A stretch of DNA of 64,000 nt from Planctomycetia bacterium (lineage in GTDB: Bacteria > Planctomycetota > Planctomycetia > Pirellulales > UBA1268): the NCBI GenBank assembly GCA_026401035.1, contig JAPLNR010000053.1:89451-153450 (forward strand), given 5' to 3'. The translations under genes were made by a program, and so were the position numbers. Under the pieces are notes generated by a model. It searched no databases and was not told where the DNA came from. It was given only the letters and a program-made list of their open reading frames with translations. Numbering within the stretch: the first letter of the stretch is position 1; the number at the start of each line of letters is the position of its first letter. Shown in pieces: positions 55,612 to 64,000 of the stretch.

Positions 55612-57570
55612 TCAGGATTTGTAATCACTCAGCGAGCCCGGATCCCAAGACACCCGCAGAGCGTTGAGGACGGCGACCACGTCGATCGCCTCCTGGAGCA
55701 GGGCGCCGGCCGCCGGGGGTAGGAGGCCCGCCGCGGCGAAGCCCATGCCGACGAGGCTCGCGGCCATGCCGCCGACGGCGCTTTGCAGCGCGACGTTCCG
55801 CAGCCGCCGGCCGATATGAAAGAGCTCGTCGACCCGCTCGAGCGCCGAATCCATCACCACGGCGCCCGCCGCCTCGCTCGTGACGTCGCTCGCCGTGCCC
55901 ATCGCGATGCCCACCGTGGCGGCGGCGAGCGCGGGAGCGTCGTTGATGCCGTCGCCGACGAATACCGTCGGCGCGAGCTTTGTCGCCTCCTCGACGAGCC
56001 GCAGTTTGCCCTCCGGCTGGATGCCCGCATGCACCTCCTTGATGCCGACGATGTCGGCGAGCCAGCGGACCTCGCTCTCGCGGTCGCCGGAAACCAGCAT
56101 CACCCGCGTGAGTCCGTGCGCCGGCTTCAGGTGGCTCACGAACGTGGCGCCGTCCGCCCGGGGCGAATCGCGAAACCGCAGCAGCCCGGCTGTGCGGCCG
56201 TCAATCACGACCACACACTCCAGGCCGCCCGCCACCGCGGGCAGTTTTTCTACGCCGGCAGGATCCACCTGCGGAAGTTTCTGGCGGCTGGTGATGGCGA
56301 CGGCATGCACGGCGGCGGCGCCGTTGAGCCGCTGCACGCGGCCGATCAGCCCGTGTCCCGGCTTCTCGGCGAGCTCCTCGACCTCGAGCAGCCGCACCGA
56401 CTGTTCGGCGGCCGCCTGCACGACGGCCGCGGCCAGGGGATGCTTCGAATAGCTTTCGAGGCTGGCGGCCACCGCCAGAAGATCCGCGCGGCTCCAGCCG
56501 TCGAACGTGACGACATCGACGAGCTTGGGCGTGCCGTAGGTGAGCGTGCCGGTCTTGTCGAAGATCGCGGTGCGGCAGGTGTCGAGCCGCTCGAGAATCG
56601 CAGGGTCGCGGATCACGATCCCACGCTTCGCCGCCAGCGACACGGCGCCGATGATCGCCACCGGGATCGCAATCAACAGCGGGCAGGGGGTGGCGACGAC
56701 GAGCACGGCGAGAAACCGCGTGGCGCTGCCGCTGAAGTACCAGGCGGCCGCGGCAATCGCGACGGCCAGCGGCGTATAGAAGGCTCCGAGGGCATCGGCG
56801 AGCCGGCGCAGCTGCGGCCGCCGCTCCTCGCTCGTCCGCAACACGTCCATGATCTTGGCATAGCGGCTGTCGGCAGCCACCCGATCGGTGCGGACCTCGA
56901 GCGCGGCCTGGCCGTTGATCGAGCCGGAGAGCACGTTCGAGCCCGGCGCTTTCGCCATCCGGTAGGGTTCGCCGGTGAGATAGCTTTCGTCCATCGAGCC
57001 CCGGCCCGACACCACCGTGCCGTCCACGGGGCAGATCTCGTGGGGCAGCACCACGATCACGTCGCCGACGGCCACCTCGGAAAGCGTGATGTCGGTGAGC
57101 CCCGCGGACGTCTTCCGGTGGGCGAGCGTCGGCATGCGACGGGCGAGCGCATTGAGCACGTCGCCCGCCCGGCTCACGGCCCGCGATTCGAGCGCCTCAC
57201 CACCCGAGAGCATGAGCACCACGAGCACACCGGCCAGATACTCGCCGAGCAGGATGCTCGTGATGATCGAGATGCCGGCGAGCAGGTCGGAGCCGAACGT
57301 GCCGGCGAAGAGCTTCCGGAGTAGATCCCAGACGAGCGGCAGGCCGCCGAGGACGAGCATTGTCACCAGCGGCAGATCAGCGAGCGTGAGGCCGCGGCCG
57401 GGGAAGAACCGCCCCGGATCGAGCGGCCCGAGGTCGAGCGGCTGGCCGCCCTGGCCCGACCATGTGATGACCCCCCAGACGACAAGCGCCACGATCGACG
57501 CGACGGCGATCGTTTCGTTGACGGGAAAGCCGCGGTCATGCCGAGACGCCGGATCGTGGGGTGTGGCCAT
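55612..57570 (-). CDS. heavy-metal P1B-type ATPase without an N-terminal metal-binding domain
   Basis: [25 protein letters not shown] and TGEP blocks. The TM motif is ATPCPL. Confidence 0.88.
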   Translation of the reverse strand: MATPHDPASRHDRGFPVNETIAVASIVALVVWGVITWSGQGGQPLDLGPLDPGRFFPGRGLTLADLPLVTMLVLGGLPLVWDLLRKLFAGTFGSDLLAGISIITSILLGEYLAGVLVVLMLSGGEALESRAVSRAGDVLNALARRMPTLAHRKTSAGLTDITLSEVAVGDVIVVLPHEICPVDGTVVSGRGSMDESYLTGEPYRMAKAPGSNVLSGSINGQAALEVRTDRVAADSRYAKIMDVLRTSEERRPQLRRLADALGAFYTPLAVAIAAAAWYFSGSATRFLAVLVVATPCPLLIAIPVAIIGAVSLAAKRGIVIRDPAILERLDTCRTAIFDKTGTLTYGTPKLVDVVTFDGWSRADLLAVAASLESYSKHPLAAAVVQAAAEQSVRLLEVEELAEKPGHGLIGRVQRLNGAAAVHAVAITSRQKLPQVDPAGVEKLPAVAGGLECVVVIDGRTAGLLRFRDSPRADGATFVSHLKPAHGLTRVMLVSGDRESEVRWLADIVGIKEVHAGIQPEGKLRLVEEATKLAPTVFVGDGINDAPALAAATVGIAMGTASDVTSEAAGAVVMDSALERVDELFHIGRRLRNVALQSAVGGMAASLVGMGFAAAGLLPPAAGALLQEAIDVVAVLNALRVSWDPGSLSDYKS

Positions 57571-57597
57571 GGAGTCGTGCTGCCGCCTTGTTTTTTT

Positions 57598-58221
57598 CTA
57601 GCTGTGCATGCGGGGGAGGGGATCGCCCGTGGCAATGATCGCGGCCTCCGCGGCGGCGAGCCAGTGGAGCCGTTCTCGTACGGCCTCTTCGGCCGCGAAG
57701 TCGCAGGCCAGCCGCACGTAGGTGCTGTGGTGCCGCGCCTCCGACTCAAACAGGCCACGGTAAAAATCGCGGAGCTCCTGATCGGCCACATGGTCGGCCA
57801 GCAGCGCAAACCGCTCACAACTCCGCGCCTCGATGAGGCCGGCCACGAGCAGCCGGTCGACCGCCCTGCCCGGCTCCTCCTTGCGGATTAATTCGTGCAG
57901 CCGCTGCCCATAGCTGCTCGGCGTGAGTTTTTGAAACGGGATGCCACGCCGCTCGAGCAGGTCGAGCACCAGCCGAAAATGCTCGAGTTCCTCGTTGACG
58001 ATCTCCGTCATCGCGCGGGCGAGCGCGACGTTGTCGACATAGGAGAAGAGCAGGTTCATCGCCACGCCGGCGGCCTTCTTCTCGCAGTGGGCGTGGTCGA
58101 TGAGTATCTGGTCGAGGGAGGTGTCGACCTGGGCGAACCAGCGGGCGGCGGAGGCGGATTGCAGGCTGAGCATCGTGTCTGATTGCCGGGGCGGGGTGGA
58201 AGGTGCATCATACCGGCTCAC
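57598..58221 (-). CDS. miaE: tRNA-(ms2io6A37)-hydroxylase MiaE-like diiron protein
   Basis: DHAHCEKKAAG...NEELEHF...ARSCERF...ESEARHH, the paired ExxH diiron motifs. An alternative start is Met17 (58173). Confidence 0.75.
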   Translation of the reverse strand: MSRYDAPSTPPRQSDTMLSLQSASAARWFAQVDTSLDQILIDHAHCEKKAAGVAMNLLFSYVDNVALARAMTEIVNEELEHFRLVLDLLERRGIPFQKLTPSSYGQRLHELIRKEEPGRAVDRLLVAGLIEARSCERFALLADHVADQELRDFYRGLFESEARHHSTYVRLACDFAAEEAVRERLHWLAAAEAAIIATGDPLPRMHS

Positions 58222-58256
58222 GAAAGGAACCCGCCCCAGCGGCCGGAACGCCCCGC

Positions 58257-58661
58257 ATGATCGCCTTCGACCGCCCCGAACCGCCGCCGCGCAAGCCCGA
58301 TCGCAACGTGCTCGGCCTGCCGCTGGCTCCCTGCTCGCGGGATCCCCTCACCGGATTTTTCCGCGACGGCTGCTGCCGCACGGGGCCCGGCGATGTCGGC
58401 GTGCACACCGTCTGCGCGGTGATGACGAAAGATTTTTTGAAATTCACGGTGGCCGCCGGCAACGACCTGGTCACGCCGCGACCGGAGTGGGATTTCCCGG
58501 GGCTCGTCGAGGGCGACCACTGGTGCCTCTGCGCCGAGCGCTGGCTCGAGGCGGCCCAGGCGGGGCGGGCGCCGCCGGTGGTGCTCGAGGCGACGCACGA
58601 GAAGTCGCTCGATGTCGTGCCGTTCGAACTGCTCAAGAAACACGCCGCACCGCCAGCGTGA
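58257..58661 (+). CDS. DUF2237-family protein
   Basis: Trimmed to ATG 58257. NVLG.PL..CS.DP.TGFFRDGCC.TGP.D.G.H.VCA.MT..FL.F....GNDL....P...FPGL..GD.WCLCA.RW. Confidence 0.75.
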   Translation: MIAFDRPEPPPRKPDRNVLGLPLAPCSRDPLTGFFRDGCCRTGPGDVGVHTVCAVMTKDFLKFTVAAGNDLVTPRPEWDFPGLVEGDHWCLCAERWLEAAQAGRAPPVVLEATHEKSLDVVPFELLKKHAAPPA

Positions 58662-58694
58662 AGACGGCGACACCATGAACGCCGCGCTGCTCCC

Positions 58695-59456
58695 ATGACT
58701 GCCCTGCTCCCGTTAGTCATCGGCCTCGTTGCGCTCCTCTATGCCTCCGTCGGGCACGCCGGCGCGACGGGCTACATCGCGGTGATGACGCTCCTCGGCC
58801 TCGCGCCTCAGGTGATCCGCCCCACGGCGCTGCTGCTCAACGTGATCGTGGCGACGATCGCCACCGTTCAATTTTTCCGGGCCGGTCATTTTCGCTCCGG
58901 CCTCTTCTGGCCGCTGGCGGTGGCGAGCGTGCCCTGCGCGGCGATCGGCGGGGCGATCGACCTGCCGACGGGAGCGTTCGAGGCGCTCGTGGGCGTCGTG
59001 CTGCTCCTGTCGGCCATCCAGATCGTTCGCGCTGCGCTGCACCGGCAGGAGGCTGGCGTGGAGGAGGCGAGCGCGACCGCCGAAGGGCCGCGACCGCTCA
59101 CTGCAATGCTGCTTGCGGCCCTCGGTGGGGCGATCGGCCTGCTCTCCGGGCTCACCGGTGTCGGCGGCGGCGTGTTTCTCACGCCCGCCCTGCTGGCGCT
59201 GCGGGCCGCACCCGTGAAGCAGATCGCGGCGATCACGGCCCCCTTCATCCTGCTGAACTCTCTCGCCGGCCTCGCCGGGGGTCTGTTCGCCGGCCGGCCG
59301 CTGCCGCCCATCAGCCTGCCGGTAATCGCAGCCGCGGCCCTCGGCGGCGCGATCGGCTCGCAGCTCGGCGCCTTCCGGCTGCCGGTCCGCACACTGCGAT
59401 TCCTGATGGCCGCCGTCCTCGCTTTCGCGAGCGTGAAGCTGCTCGGAATAATCTAG
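58695..59456 (+). CDS. TauE/SafE-family anion exporter
   Basis: Eight hydrophobic segments with duplicated G-rich motifs (SVGHAGATGY...; GLTGVGGGVFLTP). Confidence 0.82.
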   Translation: MTALLPLVIGLVALLYASVGHAGATGYIAVMTLLGLAPQVIRPTALLLNVIVATIATVQFFRAGHFRSGLFWPLAVASVPCAAIGGAIDLPTGAFEALVGVVLLLSAIQIVRAALHRQEAGVEEASATAEGPRPLTAMLLAALGGAIGLLSGLTGVGGGVFLTPALLALRAAPVKQIAAITAPFILLNSLAGLAGGLFAGRPLPPISLPVIAAAALGGAIGSQLGAFRLPVRTLRFLMAAVLAFASVKLLGII

Positions 59457-59477
59457 CGGACGATGGAAGAACTCGGC

Positions 59478-59810
59478 TCAGTGGGCCGAGGCCTTCGAAA
59501 ACACGTTGAGCACGATGACGCCTGCGACGATCAGGCCCATGCCGAGGATTGCCGGAGCATCGAGCTTCTGGCCGAAGAAGATCCAGCCGATCGCGGTGAT
59601 GAGCGTCACGCCCGCGCCGCTCCAGATGGCATAGGCGATTCCCACGGGAATGTCTTTGAGCGTCAGCGAGAGGAAGAAAAACGCGAGGCCGTAGCCGGCG
59701 ATCACCAGCACGCTCGGCACGAGCTTCGTGAAGCCTTCCGAGGCGCGGAGAAAACTCGTGCCCACGACCTCCGCCACGATCGCAATCGTCAGGTAGAGCC
59801 AGTGGATCAT
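59478..59810 (-). CDS. SMR-family small multidrug efflux protein (EmrE/QacE-like)
   Basis: Trimmed to ATG 59810 ([27 protein letters not shown]). It has a membrane Glu in TM1, 4 TM segments and 110 aa. Confidence 0.88.
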   Translation of the reverse strand: MIHWLYLTIAIVAEVVGTSFLRASEGFTKLVPSVLVIAGYGLAFFFLSLTLKDIPVGIAYAIWSGAGVTLITAIGWIFFGQKLDAPAILGMGLIVAGVIVLNVFSKASAH

Positions 59811-59905
59811 TGGGGAGCCTTTTTCCGAGGAGACAAAGCGTCTTGCGGACCGCACCGGCCAGCGCCGCACGGCCCGCAGTGTAATACGGCTCACGGCCGG
59901 GACGG

Positions 59906-60334
59906 TCATAACTTGAAGCGGGCGATCGCCTGCGTCGCCCGTGGGCGGGACGACGGGTCGGCTTGCACAGACTGCTCGATGGCCTCCCGAGCCTCGGTCT
60001 TGCGTCCGAGGTGCGCCAGCGACACCCCGCGGTTGAACAACGCGATGGCGTGCCTCGGATCCACGGCCAGGGCTCGATCGCAGTCAGCGAGGGCCTCGGC
60101 GGTTCGGCCGAGATCGAGCAGCACGCAGGCGCGGTTCGCCAGGGCTTCGACGTGACGCGGCGACAATGTCACGGCCTGCGTATATGCATCGAGGGATTCG
60201 CGGACCTTCCCCTGATCCGCCCGGCTCATGGCGACGTTGAACCAGAGATCGGCGTCGCGCACACCCGCAAGGACCGCCCCGAAGACCGGCGAAGCGATGG
60301 AACGCAATTGGTTTCGCGGCGGAACGTCAGGCAT
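59906..60334 (-). CDS. TPR-repeat protein
   Basis: ORF 59906..60709 trimmed to ATG 60334. It has three TPR-like units (W.N.A......G...E.L.AY..A..L.P....AL.NRA). Confidence 0.65.
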   Translation of the reverse strand: MPDVPPRNQLRSIASPVFGAVLAGVRDADLWFNVAMSRADQGKVRESLDAYTQAVTLSPRHVEALANRACVLLDLGRTAEALADCDRALAVDPRHAIALFNRGVSLAHLGRKTEAREAIEQSVQADPSSRPRATQAIARFKL

Positions 60335-60402
60335 GCCATGAGCCGTTCTCGGGGACGATGAAAAATTGTCGACGGCCACCGCACCCGCGTCAATCTTCTC
60401 CC

Positions 60403-60639
60403 TCGGCCTTCGTGAAACCGTTCCTTGCCGCCGTTGTCGTCGGTGACGGTCGTGATCCTCACGGCATGACGGCCGATATCGACCCCCATGATGTCGCGAA
60501 GAGAGGCGCGCTCGTAGCGGCCTTCGGCGTCGGTGATCGCTCGGCTCGTGCGGCCAGCACCTTCGGGGGTGAAGAGCACAAGTGCCTCCGGCCTCTGCAC
60601 GGCCGGCAGTACGGGGTTCGTCGTGGCCTTCTCCTGCAA
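60403..60639 (-). pseudogene. 5'-truncated remnant of a small carboxypeptidase-regulatory-like (prealbumin-fold) protein
   Basis: The frame of ORF 60226..60666 reads ...VLFTPEGAGRTSRAITDAEGRYERASLRDIMGVDIGRHAVRITTV. This resembles the C-terminal half of the short lipoproteins common in planctomycetes. There is no signal peptide, and the upstream part is replaced by the IS91 remnant. Confidence 0.35.
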
Positions 60640-60906
60640 GGGCCGGGGCGTGTGTCCGTCGTGCAACGGACGCCACCTGGCACAGACGGCGGCGCATCTC
60701 GTCGATCACGTCATCCCGCCGGTGCCGCCCTCACCAAGATCTTCCTTGACGAGATCGAGCGGTCGCTGCTCACGGCCTCGGGTGTCACCGCTGCTGCCGA
60801 CACGCCGAGTGCTTCCCGCCCACAGCTCGGCGGCATCTCCTTCCTGCACCGCTTCGGCTCGGCGCTCAACCATCATGTGCACCTTCACGCCTGCGTGACC
60901 GACGGC
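60629..60906 (+). mobile_element. IS91-family transposase remnant (two short fragments in different frames)
   Basis: Frame of ORF 60533: FSCKGRGVCPSCNGRHLAQTAAHLVDHVIPPVP, the Zn-binding N-terminal block. Frame of ORF 60358: ALTKIFLDEIERSLL...GGISFLHRFGSALNHHVHLHACVTDG, the IS91 block before the HUH region. The intervening and downstream transposase sequence is missing. Confidence 0.6.
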
Positions 60907-61333
60907 GACTCAGGGGCCATTGACGGCACCCAGTTTCGCGATCCAGCCGGCCAGCGCGTCGACCGGGCCACGATACCCACCCCCGTCGTCGAGCAGCTGG
61001 AGAACGCGATTTACGAGTTCCTGCCCTCTGGCTTCGAGATCAACGACGGCGGCCAAGGGACTCTCACGCTGGATGTTCCCACAGGCAGGATCACGCTCGC
61101 GCACCAAGAGAACTACACCGAGAGCCGTGACAGCACCCGGGAGTTCGAGCTGTAATGGCGCACCCGTATCCCCACGCTGTCAGTTCGGCACGCTCACGCT
61201 TTCGGCGAGCAGCACGTTCTTGAGGACTTGGGGCAGGATCCCGACGGTCCACGACTGGCTGGGACGTATTCAGCCCGAGAGTTGGATGCTGGGGCGGGGA
61301 CATGCGTTGAACGAATAGGCCGCGTGGGTGAGG

Positions 61334-62338
61334 TCAGAAATCGACTTTCTCAACCTTCCCATTTTTTTCCAGATACAGCTCGTAGGCGTGCTCTCGCAGA
61401 CTGAACACCTCCTCGATCACATAGCTATCCGCGGAGTGCACGGCAGACTCCACCCACGCCCTCTTCTCCGCGGGCAGATCAGCCAATGTGATCACGTTCT
61501 CGATCTCGAAGCCCTCATGCCAGACGAATTCGAACGCTAACCCCTTGTTTGCCCACTTCAGCTTTGCTTCATAGCCGTTGTCAATCGGCAGCCAGTCAAT
61601 GTCAGCTCTGTTGTGCGATGCGATGGTTGCGGTCGCCGATGACAGCATGCCCAGACCAGAGAGCACCATTGCGGAATAACCGATTCGCCTGAAAGCCAGA
61701 ACGCTGATTTTGCCGACGACCCACTTTGCGGACCACGCGGCCAGAACCGCTGCCATCGCGACAACTGCCCCCACAGACATGGCCTTGTAGGTCATCAGTC
61801 CAAACAAGGTGTAGAGAACCAGCTTGATGAGATGGAGCAGGATTTCGTTGGTTGCCCGGGTTGCGATGATTTCCTCTTTGGACATGCCGCAGGTGAGATA
61901 AAACCTATTGAAGAGCAGGCCCACCGCCCCCGCCAAGCCCGAGACAAACCCCACCGAGAAGCCGAGGAAAGCCAGCCGATACTTCGACGGCCGAGCGGTT
62001 TCGTGCTTCTCGCCGTTCCTGACCAGCTGGGCGATATTGCTGACCAGAAACAGGCCCATCAGCAGCTCCAAGTACATCGGATTGCAGTATTGGAGCAGCC
62101 ACGCCCCCAGCCACACTGCTGGTATCGACGCTGGGACAAAGTTTCGCACGATGTCCCAGCGGATGCTCTTACGGAAGGCCACCAGCCGTGACAACGAGTT
62201 GGTTGCAGTGCCTATCGACAGCGCCGCAGGAACCGAGCTGATGGGCAGAACTCGGCTGAGGATCGGGATCAGAATCAATCCCGCTCCGCCCCCGCAGATC
62301 GTACTGAGAAGGAACGCGGCGACAGCGGTAACAAACAA
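61334..62338 (-). CDS. TauE/SafE-family membrane protein fused to a ~90-aa C-terminal soluble (PepSY-like?) domain
   Basis: The N-terminal 245 aa are a TauE-type polytopic region (GGGAGLILIPIL...GLAGAVGLLFNRF). The tail is ...LADLPAEKRAWVESAVHSADSYVIEEVFSLREHAYELYLEKNGKVEKVDF. It lies in the lower-GC region. Confidence 0.65.
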   Translation of the reverse strand: MFVTAVAAFLLSTICGGGAGLILIPILSRVLPISSVPAALSIGTATNSLSRLVAFRKSIRWDIVRNFVPASIPAVWLGAWLLQYCNPMYLELLMGLFLVSNIAQLVRNGEKHETARPSKYRLAFLGFSVGFVSGLAGAVGLLFNRFYLTCGMSKEEIIATRATNEILLHLIKLVLYTLFGLMTYKAMSVGAVVAMAAVLAAWSAKWVVGKISVLAFRRIGYSAMVLSGLGMLSSATATIASHNRADIDWLPIDNGYEAKLKWANKGLAFEFVWHEGFEIENVITLADLPAEKRAWVESAVHSADSYVIEEVFSLREHAYELYLEKNGKVEKVDF

Positions 62339-63208
62339 GACGATCTGAATGGCCCTGACCCTCTGAGTGGCCGGCTACAAGCGGGAATCGCTCGTATTCT
62401 AGAGGGTCTGCTCCCGCCCCGATTCCCTGATTCCTGACGAATGCTCAAGGCTGGTATGTGATACGGCGCTTGCGGCAATGTGGGCACGTTCCAACTATCC
62501 AGATCGCAAGGGTATGCAGCCCAAAGCGTCATTGAGCCGGGCGACGAAGAATCCTACAAGCAGGTCGTCGTGATTCTTGCCGCCTGCCTGAGCGACTGCG
62601 ATCCTCGCCCACGCCAGAAAGCAGGAAGCAAGTGGTCGATTCCAGTGCCCAAGTGAAAGGAACGTGCTATGAAATCTCCTGAACAGGTCACGGACGATGT
62701 TATGGGATCCAGCGTCGCGACCCAAGTCGTAGATGTAATACGCCATGCAGTGTTTGCTGGCGCGGTGGCTCTGCCAATGGCTCTCTTGGCTGCCGCAGAC
62801 GGTTTCGAAAGCGACTCCGACTTCGCTTCGGCGGGGGAGTTGTGGCTTGATGTCCAGAACAGAATGAAGGTGGCAACAGAAAGAAATCTGTAGAAGCCGA
62901 GGCTGACGCCCGCGCTTTCATAACCCGGTCACGCTGTCAGGGGTGGCACACATCGCCAGTGCTCGCCTGATTTGGCAGCAGAAGGGACTCAGGATGAGAA
63001 CCCACTGACCGGCTAGCCAGAAGCAGCAGTGACCAGAAAACCAGAGAGTGAGAGTGAAGGTGCCCAATTGGCCGTAGCGCCGACCTTAACTCGCACAACA
63101 CCCCTGAAAAAAAGGAGATTCGTGCTGTGCGTTAAGGAGTTAAGGAGATTTTGCTTCCGACCCCACTCGGCGCGAATGCACGTGGCCCCTTCTCACTCGC
63201 CGGCAGGC

Positions 63209-63988
63209 TTACTGACGACCAAATGGCCACCACGCCAACCGCCATGTGCTGGTGTCGTCTTTGTCAGTGAGCTCAGCCGGTTCCTCGTACGAGACCTGAG
63301 CCTCGGGCAATACCTCGATCTCATCCCCGTCGACCACAACCTCGGCTACGGGGGCAGATACCAGCCGGGCTTGGACACGGCCGACAGCATGCCCGGCCAC
63401 CACGGCACCGGCATAGATGGGTAATGCGACCGGTGCGACAAAGTCACCGACCGCACCACCTACATACGTGCCATAGGCCGGAAATAAGATCCGGTAGCTC
63501 TCGCGTTCCAGTTCCGACTCGTCGTTTTCTTGGGCATAGGCGATCGCGTCCCCGGTGGCGATTGCTTCTGGCCAGAGGCTTACAACGGGCAGTGCGGCAC
63601 AGAGTGCATACGTGCCCGGAAGCTTTCGCCGGGTGAAGTCTTTCGCGTGCCCTCCTTCGTGCAGGGCTATAGCTGACACGTCGCTATAGAGGTGGATCGT
63701 GCCCGTAAACGGGTTGTAGTGGTCGCCGCCGATGAGACGCCCCGGCAGGATCGCTTCGCCGGCCACAGACAAAGCGCCAAGCGTGTAGCGATAGCCCCAG
63801 CCGACGGTCTTGTTGGCCCGTAGCCTCCGCCAGTCTTCCAGCGGGGCGTATTGGTTGATCCGGACCTTCACGTGGTCCAAATCGTTGTCGTCGAGATACT
63901 GGCGAATGGCCTCTTCAGTGTCCGCAGAGACGTTGTGATTCTCCACACGTCGGTCCCAGAGAATCACTTTCGAGGGGATGCCAAACAC
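63209..63988 (-). CDS. hypothetical protein with an HExxH-type motif (ALHEGGHAKD)
   Basis: 259-aa ORF in the lower-GC region. The frame may stay open upstream to the window edge, so the N-terminus is uncertain. No family recognised. Confidence 0.5.
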   Translation of the reverse strand: MFGIPSKVILWDRRVENHNVSADTEEAIRQYLDDNDLDHVKVRINQYAPLEDWRRLRANKTVGWGYRYTLGALSVAGEAILPGRLIGGDHYNPFTGTIHLYSDVSAIALHEGGHAKDFTRRKLPGTYALCAALPVVSLWPEAIATGDAIAYAQENDESELERESYRILFPAYGTYVGGAVGDFVAPVALPIYAGAVVAGHAVGRVQARLVSAPVAEVVVDGDEIEVLPEAQVSYEEPAELTDKDDTSTWRLAWWPFGRQ

Positions 63989-64000
63989 CCAGCCAACCCC

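Noticed and set aside
62495-62893. The antisense pair of short ORFs, 62495-62746 (minus) and 62669-62893 (plus, with a weak AAGGA upstream).
   Set aside because: They overlap each other and neither has recognisable motifs, so there is no basis for choosing one. They are left uncalled and mentioned only within the lower-GC region finding.

Overview
This is a 64-kb chromosomal window at roughly 70% GC by hand counts on sampled lines. It looks planctomycetal: a DUF1549/DUF1553 cytochrome-c protein paired with DUF1501, a PEP-CTERM protein, an ECF sigma factor next to a Ser/Thr kinase, type III glutamine synthetase, class 3 FBPase and PPDK. All identifications rest on motif and architecture recognition from the translations; no searches were run.

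Most of the window is housekeeping: fbp, metF, folK, panC, lgt, rlmI, ilvN-ilvC, rpsB-tsf-pyrH-frr, ppdK, lepB, rsmG, glnN, prmA, miaE, and several transporters (MMPL/RND, ABC, DASS, PiT, P1B-ATPase, SMR, TauE). I saw one intact tRNA-Leu(CAA) and no rRNA or CRISPR.

Parts worth a second look:
1. A 2.2-kb lower-GC islet lies between a duplicated 3' half of tRNA-Leu. It carries two RelE/ParE-type toxin-antitoxin (TA) pairs and gene debris but no integrase.
2. Two families of intergenic palindromic repeats are present. One is a ~125-nt imperfect palindrome with compensatory stem changes (6 or more copies). The other is a 21-nt hairpin whose leading TAG serves as the stop codon of three genes.
3. 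A translationally coupled operon encodes an ABC ATPase, an ABC-2 permease fused to a CPBP protease, and a GluR0-like binding-protein/ion-channel chimera with a non-canonical pore loop.
4. A nest of interleaved inverted repeats sits upstream of an apparently 5'-truncated DASS transporter gene.
5. A cluster contains a Cys/His-rich secreted protein, a LarA-like protein, a PEP-CTERM protein, a small basic protein and a pseudo-receiver.
6. A membrane-anchored LRAT/NlpC-P60-type protein stands alone.
7. From about 60.4 kb to the right edge there is a lower-GC accessory region that opens with an IS91-type transposase remnant.

The many long antisense or alternative-frame ORFs in the track are high-GC shadow ORFs and were not called.
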